A DNA stretch of 64,000 nt from assembly GCF_009914755.1 (NCBI RefSeq), contig NC_060940.1; one strand, 5' to 3'. The notes below the pieces were generated by a model. That model made no database searches. It saw nothing but the letters and a program-made list of their open reading frames with translations, and was not told where the DNA came from. Position 1 is the stretch's first letter. The number at the start of each line of letters is the position of its first letter. The position numbers and the translations under genes were made by a program. The DNA is from the human T2T-CHM13v2.0 reference genome, Homo sapiens. This document shows, one piece after another, positions 41,595-60,600 of this stretch.

Positions 41595-42683
41595 GACTTT
41601 CCCTGGAGCACTGAAACAAAGAGGCACTTTAAGTAGACACATGAATGACTCTGGTAACCATGGCCCCCCAGGATCAGTCCAGCTTTCAGCTTCTCTCTGC
41701 AAGAGGTTTGTCCAAAACACGTTTTCATCTGCTGCCTAAGTTTCTGGATTATACCTTGCCTGCATGTTGGAGACTATGGGACAGATTAAGAACAGACCTC
41801 AAGACCGAACAAGATGGAGGACTCTTTCCAATCCTTCTCTCCTGGCTCCCTCCAGCCATAAAACCAGGTTTGCAGATTTTCCCTGGAAAGAGTTTGCGCA
41901 AACTCTGCAGCTTTTGCTCAGGGGTCTGGTTCCTAAATCACTTCACTTGGGGGTGGCAGGGACTTGGCATTCATGAGTTCTCCTGGAACAACGAGAATAA
42001 AAAGGTCATTATAAATGGGCACATAAAAACTTCCAGTGACAGTAGTCCTTGGAATAAGTTCAGCTTCCTGTTTTTCCCTGGAAGGAGTTCGTCTGCACTT
42101 TTCTAAATGCCTCCTGAAGGTCTTGATTCTAACTAGCCTGCAGATCTGGAACTGACAAGGCAGATAAACAATAGACCTCCCCAAGCCTGAACAAGAGGCT
42201 GGACACTTCCTCAGCCTTCTCTACCAGCTTACTACAGCCGAAAATTCAGATCTTCAGATCCTCCATGGAAGGAGATTGTGAGACCTCTGCAAACCTTTAC
42301 AGGAAGGTCATTATATTATAATAAAAGGGTCAATTCAACAGGAAGTTATAAAAATCATTAATATACGTGCACCACACATCAGAGCACCTAATTATATAAA
42401 GCAAATATTGACAGATATGAAAAGGTAAATTGACAGCAATATGATAATCGTAGGAGACTGACTTCAATATCCCACTTTGGATACAATAGTAGGTAGAAAA
42501 TCTAGACAAAAAATTAATAAAGAAACAGGAAGCATGAATAACACTATACACCAAATAAACTTAACAGACATATACAAAATTTTCACCCAACAGCAGAAGA
42601 ATACACATTCTTCTCAAGCACACATGCAACATTCTCCAGGATAGATCACGTGTTAGGTCACAAATAATGTCTTAACAGACTTC

Positions 42684-43196
42684 CCCTTTTCCTATTTGTC
42701 CTGAGAATACTCTCTGGTGGTGCTTGCGGCTGCAGTGTTTACCCAGAGATAACTTTGCCACAAAATATCTTGCTTTTATTATTATTTTCTCATCGCTGTA
42801 GTATATCAACTTTGGAAACAAAAGATATCATTCTATTTATGGCATTCTGTTTTTAGTAGTGGTATTTCCATTTACAAAATATAGTAATTCTCGATCACTG
42901 AAAATGTCAAATCCTAGAAACCGTAGCATTCCTATGTGGATGTTAACATCATTCTTGAACAGTTGTTGATCAAAGATTCATTTGATGTATCCTATTTTTC
43001 TAAAATAGATTATTCTGATGATTCAGATGATTCTGATGTTAGTTCTGTTTAGAAATAACTCCAAGAATAGTTTTTATATTTTATTTTGACATTGAAAATC
43101 AGTCAGATTTGCTTCAGTCTCAAAGAGCATGTTTATGTAAAATTAAATGAGCGCTGGAAGTGACCTGCACTTTTTTTTTTCTAAATGGGAAAAGGG
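42684..43196 (+). mobile_element. MER75 piggyBac-family MITE, full length
   Basis: TIRs CCCTTTTCCTATTT / AAATGGGAAAAGGG; TTAA at the right end (43197-43200); interior matches recalled MER75. Confidence 0.9.
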
Positions 43197-43221
43197 TTAA
43201 GAGGATTGAAATTATATCAAA

Positions 43222-43956
43222 TGTCTTAGTCTGTTTCATGCTACTATAACAGAATGCCTGAGACTGGGTAATTTATAAAGAACAGAAATTTATTTTCTCA
43301 CAGTCTGGATCTGGGAAGTCCAAGATAAAGGCACCAGTATATGGTAAGGGTGTTCTTTCCATGCTATTCCATGGTGAAAGGCAGAAAGAAAAGAGACTAC
43401 ACACATGGGCCAGGCATGGTGGCTCATACCTGTAATCTCAGCACTTTCGGAGGCCAAGATGGGTGGATCCCTTGAGTTCAGGTGTTTGAGGCCAGCCTGG
43501 GCAACATGGGGAAACCCTGTCTCTTCAAAAAATATAAAAATTAGCCAGGCATGGTGGCACCCACCTATAGTCTCAGCTACTTGGGGGGCTGAGACAGGAG
43601 GATCACTTGAGTCCAGGAGGTTGAAGGTGCAGTAGCCAAGATCACACCACTGCACTTCAACCTGGGTGACAGAGCAAGACCTTGTCTCAAAAAATAAATA
43701 AATAAAATAAAATAAATTAAAAAAAGAGTACACACAGTCATGTGTGAGAGAGACAGAGAGAAAAAGAGAGAAAAAGGAGGACTGAATTCATCCTCACATA
43801 AGGAACTCGTTTCCATGCTAACAGCTTTAATCCATTCATGACAGTGGAGTCCTCATGACCTAATTACCTTTCGTTAGGCCCCACCTCCCAACACTGTTGC
43901 ATTGGGGATTAAGTTTCTAACACATGCTTCTTGAGGGACACATTCAAACCGTAGCA
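43222..43956. mobile_element. MST (MSTC-like) MaLR LTR split by Alu (43408-43724, +)
   Basis: tgtcttagtctgttt...gggtaatttataaagaacag...acattcaaaccgtagca. Confidence 0.85.
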
Positions 43957-45485
43957 CCAAGTACTTTTCTGACCAAAATGGTATAAAACTGGAAATCAAT
44001 AATAGCAAGAAATAAGATAATTCACAAATATGTGGAGACTAAGTAACACGTGCTTAAACAACTACTGATTCAGAGCGGAAATAAAAGGGAATTGAAATAT
44101 CTAGTGGTGAACAAAAGTGAAAACATACATATCAAAACTCAAAGTATGCCATGAAAGCAGTGATAAGAGGGAAGTTTATGGAGATAAATGCCTACATTTA
44201 AAAAGAGAAAGATATCAAAATGACAACGTAACATTACACCCCAAAGAACTAAAAAAAAAATTAGCAGAAGGAAATGACAAAGATCAAAACAGAAACAAAC
44301 CAAATAGAGAATGGAAAAGCTATAGAAAAATGAACAAAACTGGGTTGTTTTTTAAAAAACTAAAATCAACAAACACTTACCAAGACTAATAAAGAAAAAA
44401 TAGACAAGACATAAATAAATAAAATCAGAAATGAAAGTGGAGACATTATCTCCACTAGTAATGTATCAGATATAAAAAGAATCATAAGGGACTATTATAA
44501 ACATCTGTATACCAACCAATTGGATAGCTTAGGGAAAATATAAAAATTCCAGTACACATTCAACATGGTACTGGAAGTCCTAGTTAGAGTAATCAAACAA
44601 GAGAAAAAAATTAAAGGCATTCAAATTGGAAAAGAAGTCAAATTATCCCCATTCTTTGATTATATAACCTTATATCTAGAAAAACCTGAAGACTCCACCA
44701 AAGAAACTCTTAGATTTGATAAATGAATTCAGTAGTTTCAGAATACAAAATCAATATACAAAAATCAGCAGCATTTCTATACACCAATAACGATCAAGCT
44801 GATAATCAAATCAAGAAGGCAATCCCATTTCCAATAGGTACAAAAAATAATAAAATACTAGGAACATACATAACTGAGGAGGTGAAAGATCTCTAGAAGG
44901 AAAACTACAAAACACTGATGACAGCAATTGTAGCTGACATAAACAAATGGAAAAAATCCCATGCTTGTGAATTAGAAAAATTTATAGAGGCAAAATGACC
45001 AAACTGCCCAAAGCGACCTACAGACTCAATGCAATTCCTATCAAACTACCAATGTCATTTTTCACAGAATTAGAAGAAACAATACTAAAACTCATATGAA
45101 ACCAAAAAGAGTCAAAGTAATCAAAGCAATCCTAAGCAAAAAGAACAAAGCTGGGCACATCACATTGCCTGACTTCAAATTATACCATAAGGCTAAGGTA
45201 ACCAAAACAGCATGGTACTGGTATGAAAATAAACACACAGATCAATGGAACAGAATAGAGAGCTCAGAAATAAAACCACATGTTATAACCAACTGATCTT
45301 TGACAAAGTTGGCAAGAAAATACACTGAGGAAAGGACACCCTATTCAATAAATGGTGCTGGGAAAATAGATTGCCATATACACAAAAATGAAACTGGACC
45401 CCTACTTATCTATCTATCTATCAATCACTATATGCAAAAATCAACTCAAGATGGATTAAAGACTTAATGTAAGAATTAAAACTAT

Positions 45486-46878
45486 TCACTCAGTGCTCAA
45501 TGGCACCCAGGCTGGAGTGCAGTGGTGTGATCTCAGCTCGCTACAACCTCCACCTCCCAGCCGCCTGCCTTGGCCTCCCAAAGTGCCGAGATTGCAGCCT
45601 CTGCCCGGCCGCCACCCCGTCTGGGAAGTGAGGAGCGTCTCTGCCTGGCTGCCCATCGTCTGGGATGTGAGGAGCCCCTCTGCCTGGCTGCCCAGTCTGG
45701 AAAGTGAGGAGCGTCTCTGCCCGGCCGCCATCCCATCTGGGAAGTGAGGAGCGCCTCTTCCCGGCCGCCATCCCATCTAGGAAGTGAGGAGCGTCTCTGC
45801 CCGGCCGCCCATCGTCTGGGATGTGGGGAGCGCCTCTGCCCCGCCGCCCCATCTGGGATGTGAGGAGCGCCTCTGCCCGGCCGCCACCCTGTCTGGGAGG
45901 TGAGGAGCGTCTCTGCCCGGCCGCCCCGTCTGAGAAGTGAGGAGACCCTCCGCCCGGCAGCCGCCCCGTATGAGAAGTGAGGAGCCTCTCTGCCCGGCAG
46001 CCACCCCACCTGGGAAGTGAGGAGCATCTCCGCCCGGCAGCCACCCCGTCTGGGAGGGAGGTGGGGGGGTCAGCCCCCCACCCGGCCAGCCGCCCCGTCT
46101 GGGAGGGAGGTGGGGGGGTCAGCCCCCCGCCCGGCCAGCTGCCCCATCCGGGAGGTGAGGGGCGCCTCTGCCCGGCCGCCCCTACTGGGAAGTGAGGAGC
46201 CCCTCTGCCCGGCCAGCCACCCCGTCCGGGAGGGAGGTGGGGGGGTCAGCCCCCCGCCCGGCCAGCCACCCCGTCCGGGAGGTGAGGGGCGCCTCTGCCC
46301 GGCCGCCCCTGCTGGGAGGTGAGGAGCCCCTCTGCCCGGCCACCACCCCGTCTGGGAGGTGTGCCCAACAGCTCATTGAGAGCGGGCCAGGATGACAATG
46401 GCAGCTTTGTGGAATGGAGCGGGGGGGAAGGTGGGGAAAAGATTGAGGAATCGGATGGTTGCCGTGTCTGTGTAGAGGGAGGTGGACATGGGAGACTTTT
46501 CATTTTGTTCTGTACTAAGAAAAATTCTTCTGCCTTGGGATCCTGTTGATCTGTGACCTTACCCCCGACCCTGTGCTCTATGAAACATGTGCTGTGTCCA
46601 CTCAGAGTTAAAAGGATTAAGGGCGGTGCAAGATGTGCTTTGTTAAACAGATGCTTGAAGGCAGCATGCTCATTAAGAGTCATCACCACTCCCTAATCTC
46701 AAGTACCCAGGGACACAAACGCTGCGGAAGGCTGCAGGGTCCTCTGCCTAGGAAAACCAGAGACCTTTGTTCACTTGTTTATCTGCTGACCTTCCCTCCA
46801 CTATTGTCCTTTGACCCTGCCAAATCCCCCTCTGTGAGAAACACCCAAGAATGATCAATAAAAAAAAAATAAAAAACA
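45486..46878 (+). mobile_element. SVA retrotransposon, 5'-truncated
   Basis: Alu-like region, GC-rich VNTR (45595-46360), SINE-R, AATAAA and poly-A; 15-bp TSD aagaattaaaactat; no CCCTCT hexamer. Confidence 0.97.
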
Positions 46879-48739
<1,861 letters not shown>

Positions 48740-48740
<1 letters not shown>

Positions 48741-49809
48741 GTCTGGCAAGAGACACCTCCACCAGGTGGGACAGGGAAGTGAACACTGGACCCTCCCTTG
48801 GACCCCAGCACCAGCCCTTTACCCGACCCCAGTGAAACCCAGCACCAAGAAGGCCCCCATGACCCCAAAGTCCAGGCTGGCATCAGCAGACTGAGCTGCC
48901 AGGTCCACCAAGGCACTGGGTTGGATTCTGCATCCTCAAGCTCCAGGCCTTCCTGGAAGGCTTGGTCTCCAGGCCAGCCCCACCACCAGGCCAGCCCCAG
49001 TGGCCATGGGCCTCAGGCCTGCCCTAGCACAGGCCAACCTCTACAAACCCAGGCTCTCTGCCTCTCCTCACATTCTCAGGCTCCAGGCTAGCCTCACAGA
49101 CTGTCTCTGGGCCTTCCCCAGTATCAGGCCAGCCCCAATTGACCCAGACTTTGAGCCACTCCCAGCACTAGGCTTCAATCTGCCCCAGCACCAGGCTGGC
49201 TCCACAGCCCTACATCATCAGGCCAGTACCCATGGACCAGCCTCCCGGACTACTCCAGGGTCCAGCCAAGCCCAGAGCCAGGTTCACCCCTTCAGCCCCA
49301 GGCTTCAGCCTGCCCCAGCCCTAAGTTGGCACCCTGTCATCACGCACCAACCTGGCATCCATGGACACAGGCTCCAGGACTGCCTCCATGGCCCCATGAC
49401 CCAGGCCACCCCTCGAAGACCTAGCCTCCAGGCCAGCACTGCATACCCAGCTTCCAGACTATCCCCTATGGACCAGGCTCCAGGCCAGTATCCACAATCC
49501 CAGGCTCCAGACACACCCCTGCAAACCCAGGCTCTATGCCTGCCCCAGCACCAGGCTAGCCTTAGGCTTCAGTCTAGTCCCACGAACTTCAGACTCCAGT
49601 GAACCCAGGATCCATGCTCACCCAAGTGAACTCCAGTTCCAGGTCAGTCACTGCAACCTGAGGCTCCAGGACTACCCCTGCAGACACAGGCTCCGGCTAT
49701 CCCTGGTAGACCCAGGCCCCAGGACCCTGCAGACCTAGGGCCACCCCAGCACTAGACCAGCTCCTTTGTATTCAGGCTCCAGTCCTATCCCAGTTAATCC
49801 AGTTTCCAG

Positions 49810-49810
<1 letters not shown>
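48740..49810 (+). repeat. Degenerate C-rich tandem array (ccaggctccagg-like), probably the L1M 5'-region VNTR
   Basis: Recurrent gacccaggctccagg / ccccagcaccagg units, directly followed by L1 ORF2. Confidence 0.65.
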
Positions 49811-54155
<4,345 letters not shown>

Positions 54156-54169
54156 AAATTACCTAATTT

Positions 54170-55036
<867 letters not shown>

Positions 55037-55511
55037 CATTATTAATATATAAATACATCAAACAAATGTATCGGGGATTCCAGTGGATTCTAAATGGAGT
55101 TGGACAGTTGGATGTGCCCGGAATACTGGTAGGCATGGGCCGCCCATTTGCATTTGTAGGAGAACCGAAAAATATCCAGAGGGCAAAACCCTTTAGGAGC
55201 TGCAAGAAGCAGGCTCTAGAGGAGAGTAAGGCAAGTGAGGCATCCAGGGCACATTTAAGGAGGCCCCACTCTCAGGAGCTGACCCTGCACTTTCATGAAC
55301 CTGAGAGTGAGGGCTTTGTTAAAATTCCCACTGACTCCTCCTTTGTCTCACCAAGTCCCAGCCCTGGTAAGAAGCCAGACGTGTCCAGCTTGTTCCAGTG
55401 GTCGGAGCAGGGGTACAGAATTTTATCATAAGACCACGTTGTAGCTACTAACAGGAGTAAAAAGAAAGAATTTATACAATGATGTAGCAGGCATTTGTAA
55501 TACAATGTGAG

Positions 55512-55630
55512 TATTTTGTTTTACAGATGAGGGGGTCTTGCTATGTTGCCCAGACTGGTCTTGAATGCCTGGCCTCAAGTGATCCTCTCACCTCAGCCTC
55601 CCAAAGTGCTGGGACTACAGGTGTGAGCAA
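55512..55630 (-). mobile_element. Alu monomer (FLAM-like)
   Basis: Left arm only. Confidence 0.85.
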
Positions 55631-55639
55631 ATTGCTTGG

Positions 55640-56360
55640 TCTTGATGAGGGTGAGGGTCATGCTTAAAGTCCAGCTGAGAGTCATCGTGAGGATCAGAGT
55701 GGGGGTCAGTGTCAGAGTGAGGATGAGGAGGAATGTGAGACAAACATTCAGAGCCAGGGTCAGGGCGAGAGTCAGAGTCAGTTTCAGTGTCAGAGTTCAT
55801 CTCAGGGTGAGAAAAACTTAGTTCCAGGGTTAGGCTGAGTGTCCAGTTCAGGCTCAGCATAAGTTTCAGATTCACAGTAGGTTCAAGGACATGGTGAAGG
55901 TATGGATAAGGGTCCTTGTAGAGTCAGGTGAGGTCAGGATCAGGGATACTGTAAGGGTCAAGTCAGGGTCAGTGGAAAGTAAGCAGCAGAGTCAGGGTCA
56001 GGCAAGGGTCAGATTTATGGTCATGATGAGGGTCGTGGTGACGTTAAGATTCCAGGCCAGGGGAGGGTCAAGTTGAGTGCCACCGCAAGGTTACCTTCAA
56101 CGTTTGGGTCAGGATTAAGGGTGAGGCTAAAACTGAAGACCAAAGTGAGGGTCAGGGTCAAGTACAGAATCGGGGTCAGGGTAAGAACAAGATAGAGTGT
56201 GTAAGTGACAATCAGGATCAGAGTCAGGTGAGTGTCACAGTCTGACACAAGGTGAGAGTGAGAACAAGGTAAAGCTCAGGCGTGGAGGAGGGAGAGGTGT
56301 CAGAATGACAGCAAGGTCAGAGTCAAGGTGAGAGTGTATGCTTCAAGGTCAGGAGTCATG
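55640..56360 (+). repeat. Degenerate hexamer array (AGGGTC/AGAGTC/AGGGTG)n
   Basis: 6-bp periodicity, which gives VRVRVR/LTLTLT pseudo-ORFs. Confidence 0.85.
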
Positions 56361-56366
56361 ATTAAA

Positions 56367-56470
56367 GGCCAGGCACAGTGGCTCACACCTGTAGTCCTAG
56401 TGCTTTGGGAGGCTAAGGTGGGAGGCTTGCTGGAGGCCAGGAGTTCAAGACCAGCCTGGGCAACATAGAA
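56367..56470 (+). mobile_element. Alu monomer (FLAM-like)
   Basis: Left arm only. Confidence 0.85.
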
Positions 56471-57693
56471 ACACAGCTGGCAACATCAGGGAAGGGAATT
56501 ACCTTTCCTGGCTAAATAAGTTTCATGAAAATTATTTGTGAAATGTACAAATGGCAAGAGAATAATGTTAAGGTCCAGACACCTCTAAAAAACTGAAACG
56601 CATCTACTACTCTTTAGCAATTTAACTTAAGAGTATGGTGCATCTGGAAGTACAATACTCGCTGTGGACATTCATAATCTGAAGACATTTTATTCTTGGC
56701 TCAACTGAGGAAACACATGGGCATGAGAAATGTCACTGCAGAGGTAGGGGACAGAAACACACTGGAGGAATTTGATCCAAAATACTGTGCCAGAAATTTT
56801 TGGAAGCCTTAAAATCCTGGTTGGCAGTGGGTTTTTCTAACTACCAGAACTGAAAAGTTATGATTAAAATATAACACTTTCTTTTTCTAAAGACTTTAAG
56901 ATCTTTTACCATTAAATCTCTGTGCCACACATTAATGAGAAGTTCACAATCATATGAATTGCACCAATTATTTTATTAGGAAGGAAATGGAGGGCATATC
57001 CTCTGTGCTCAGGAACTCTGATCAAGATTAATAAAGACCCATGCTCTCACACATCTTTCTCGTCTACCTGAAATGCAAGACACATTTTAAGGAAAACTCA
57101 AACTCCTCTAGTGAGCAGGGACAGAGAAGTTTTGTACTGATCAAGTTTTTTGAGGTTTTGATGCCCTTGTGAGCCACAGATAATTGACAATTTCTGTCAT
57201 TATCATTTTATTCCTTTTGTTTTCAAGTGTCCTGATTGTGTCCTCTGTTTTCCATTTTAAAGACACATAGACACTAGAAGGCACTAACCTTATTGAATTT
57301 AGATAATGTTAACTTGTAAATTTCAACAGTTAACTTGAAACGAACTTGTCAGTTTTTGCAAATACATGTTTTACTGAGTTAACTATAATTGAAACCTTAA
57401 GGGAAAAAAGTAGGGATAGTGAATTTAGAGGATTCTTAAAATAATGTGTGAATGCTGTGTCATTCAAGTTTGCAAATCATTACTTTACAACATCCTTATC
57501 TAAATAGTCTTATATTATTGGAAATACACTAAGTACTTTCAACCAAAAAAACAGAGCATAATTAAAGAATTCTGAGTTAGTTCAGATTATTGTGCCTTAA
57601 AACATAAAACTTTCCATAAATGCATAAAAATAATTTATTGTTGTATTAATTTATTATGAGAAATAGTCAAGTAAAATTTCAATTCAAATATAC

Positions 57694-60600
57694 TGTAGAA
57701 AGTAAAAAGTTTTTTCTTCAAAGTTTCCCTTCTTGTTAAAGAATAAATCATAAGCATTAGAAATAACAGTTTCTTTTAAAGACTAACTTCCTTCAAGCCT
57801 CCTTACTTTGTGCTAATAACTCTTCGTTAAGCCCTATCCTATGTAGCTTTAGACATTCTCACAGGCACATAGTACATTCTATGTCTTCGTACCTTAACCA
57901 AGACATCTGTGCTGGACGTGCTCACTGGCATGTCCCAGCTCACAACCTATGCCCCTTCCTTAGTTGGGAACGTTATTAATTTTCTAAGTCCTTTTATAAG
58001 CAACTTCCTCTTTTCCTTTGTCTTTCCATTGCTTTTACCTATTTAGAAAAGTTTTAAGTTATTTGCCAATTGGGTTTTAGCTTAAATTGTGAGGTCTGGC
58101 TCCAGTCAATGAAGATAGGACACAGTAGCAGGGACAAGCTGCATAAAGGATAAAAATTGCTTCCCTCCTTTGTTCAGGTGTGCTCTTGCCATTGTTCCAT
58201 CTGTGAGGAGCACCCTTTCTGCAGAAAGTAAAATTGCCTTGCTAAGAAAACTTTTTGTCTGAATGCTGATTTTTCCTTGCAGTACTGAGGAACAAGCATT
58301 CTGTTTCTAAATAAACATTTTACATGTAACAAAATGGTGGCCCATACATTCTCCTCTGGGGTCGGTCTCTAGTCCTCTCTCATGAGGAGGGGCCCCACTG
58401 CCTCATTGCGGTGGCCTTATGGGTAAGGAATCAAAACCCACCCAGCATGACAAATAAACCCAGACTCTCAGCAGTGCAGAAAGAAACCAGTTGGCAACCT
58501 GGAGTAAAGGATCCTTACATACCATGTAGACTGGGCGACCTTGTGCATGAGCCAAACAACGAAAACACTGGAGGAGCAGTTAAAGTATTTCCTTGGTGGT
58601 CAGAACTAAGGAAAAAAAGCCGTGGGGTGGTAAAGCATTCCTTGGTTAAAGCACACCAAGGTAAAAGAAATTGCAGGGGCGGTAAAGCATGCCTTAGTCA
58701 AGACAGAGGAAAGAAAAGCTGCGGGGCTGGGGGGCGGTGAAAAAATCCTTAGTTGGGTTGTCTTAGAGGTTAAAAAAAGGGGTGAAAAATCCCCATTGGG
58801 GGAGATTAAAGATCACACAAACCTCCGGTAGTAAACAAATATATTCAAAACTTCCCTTTCCCTTCTTCTTGGGGGAAGAAAAACGCTAAGCTCCACGCCC
58901 ACTGGCTGCTCCCTAGGGGAAGGGGAAAGAGAGGGGAAAATAGCAGCATGGGCAGCTGGCAGAGGCAGGGAAAGACCAGCAGACAGAGAAAGAGAAGGGC
59001 AGATACAAAAAGCAAAAATCTGTTGGCAAGTTCCAAAGTTTTCTAAAAGAGGTAAAAGGAAAAAGTCAGGGAATTCAGGAATGCAAAAAGAAAGAAGGCA
59101 AGGTCAGTACTTTAAAGGAGAAGGTAAAAATAAATGGTGTAAGGGCTGTGGATATAAAAGTAAGGAGGAAAAACAAGGGGACCCTCTGGCCCAGGGTTAA
59201 TAACTCATGCAACTTATGGCAGGCATCTGCTGAGCCTCTAGGCTGACAGTGGCCCAGGGCACGGACTGCAGCCATGAAGATCCCACCCAACAAGTAAGTG
59301 TGAGAGAAAGAGGAAACAGGAGGTGACAGAGAGAAGGAGAAAACGCAAATGAAGGAGAGAGATAGAAGGAAAAAATAAGTAAAAAAAAAAAAAGACTGGA
59401 AAAAACAAAGATAAAAAAACACAAAAAATAAAACTAGGGAAAAAATAGTGTAAAAAAAGTCTAAAAGTTTATCTAAAAGTTAAGGCATGTCAAAAATTGT
59501 AAAAGTCCTAAAAAATTTTATAAAAGGGAATTTATGCAAAAAATTATATAATTTAAAAATAATTAAGCCTCCTAAATGTAAAACTATTAAAGAAGCAACT
59601 TGTGTGCAAGGTATATAAGGAAAGTAAAATATACTTTTAGAAAAAAATTATAAGAAAACATAAGAATGTGAATTTTTACCTACATTAACATTTTTTAAAT
59701 AGATGCTAAAGAAAATTCAGAAGGAAAATAAATATTGCTAAACCAAAATTAAAAAAATGTTATCCAAACCCCTTATTAAAAAAATCTTGTTCCAACTGCA
59801 TCAAAAAACCCACTGGGGCTCTCCAGCACAGGTTTAATACCAACAAGTTTCCACCTCCAGCGGCTCCTACAGAGGCTGCAGTGAGAGCCTGCGAGGGCGT
59901 GGGGGGGACAAACACTACAGGTGCAAGGGAGGGGGCCAAACAACTGTCAGACAGCACAGCCCAGCCCAGCCCAAGGCCAGGGGCTAGACAGTGGGGTCTC
60001 TGGCAGGAGCAAGGTCTGGGGGCAGTGCGGTAAGTCACAAGGACCCTCATCCCCACAAGGCCGCAATGCATGGTAGCAGTAAAGGCCGCAGGGAAGCCAG
60101 GACCTTAAGAGGGGCCAGGGCCACAGCATCCCCTAGGCTACACTGAACGGGAATGAAGCGGGAGGCGTCACCGTGGGGCTTCGGGCCCCAGGATATGCAA
60201 AGTTCTAACTTTCTGAGGGACCCCAAATTTTCCCTCAAAAACAACATAAGTAAAAATTAAAAAAGGAAATTTAAGTCAAAAACTACCTATAGGTTGCCTT
60301 ACTTACATTCCACGGCTGATATCCGCACATTTAAAACAACAACAAAAAAATCAGTTTCTCAAAAATTACATACTTATTTTCCACTTTCCTTTTCCTCAAA
60401 ACTAAAAGTCTTCTAGCACAGGTGCCACTCTTAAAATTTCCAGTAAACCAGCACCAGCCTGGAAACCATGTCCTTATCAAAGGATAAAAAGAAGAAAAAC
60501 TCAAGCCAGCCTAAGAAAAACCCTACCTTGTGCTGCTAACCCACCAAGACTGCGGTTCCCACAGCAGAAGAGAATGAACACCACATACCCGAGTCAAAAA

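Larger units (their letters stand above)
40395..45485 (+). mobile_element. Mosaic of old L1M/L1MA/L1PB fragments, including an L1M 5'UTR-like block at 40905-42290
   Basis: Fragmentary ORF2 peptides ([25 protein letters not shown]) and caacatggtggaatagg 5'-end motif. Hosts the nested elements listed below. Confidence 0.75.

Noticed and set aside
45486-46689. Multiple repetitive ORFs
   Set aside because: SVA VNTR translation artefacts.
49000-49602. 200-aa Pro/Gln-rich ORF
   Set aside because: Comes from a C-rich tandem array associated with L1.
55615-56248. VR/LT/DP dipeptide-repeat ORFs
   Set aside because: A consequence of the hexamer periodicity.
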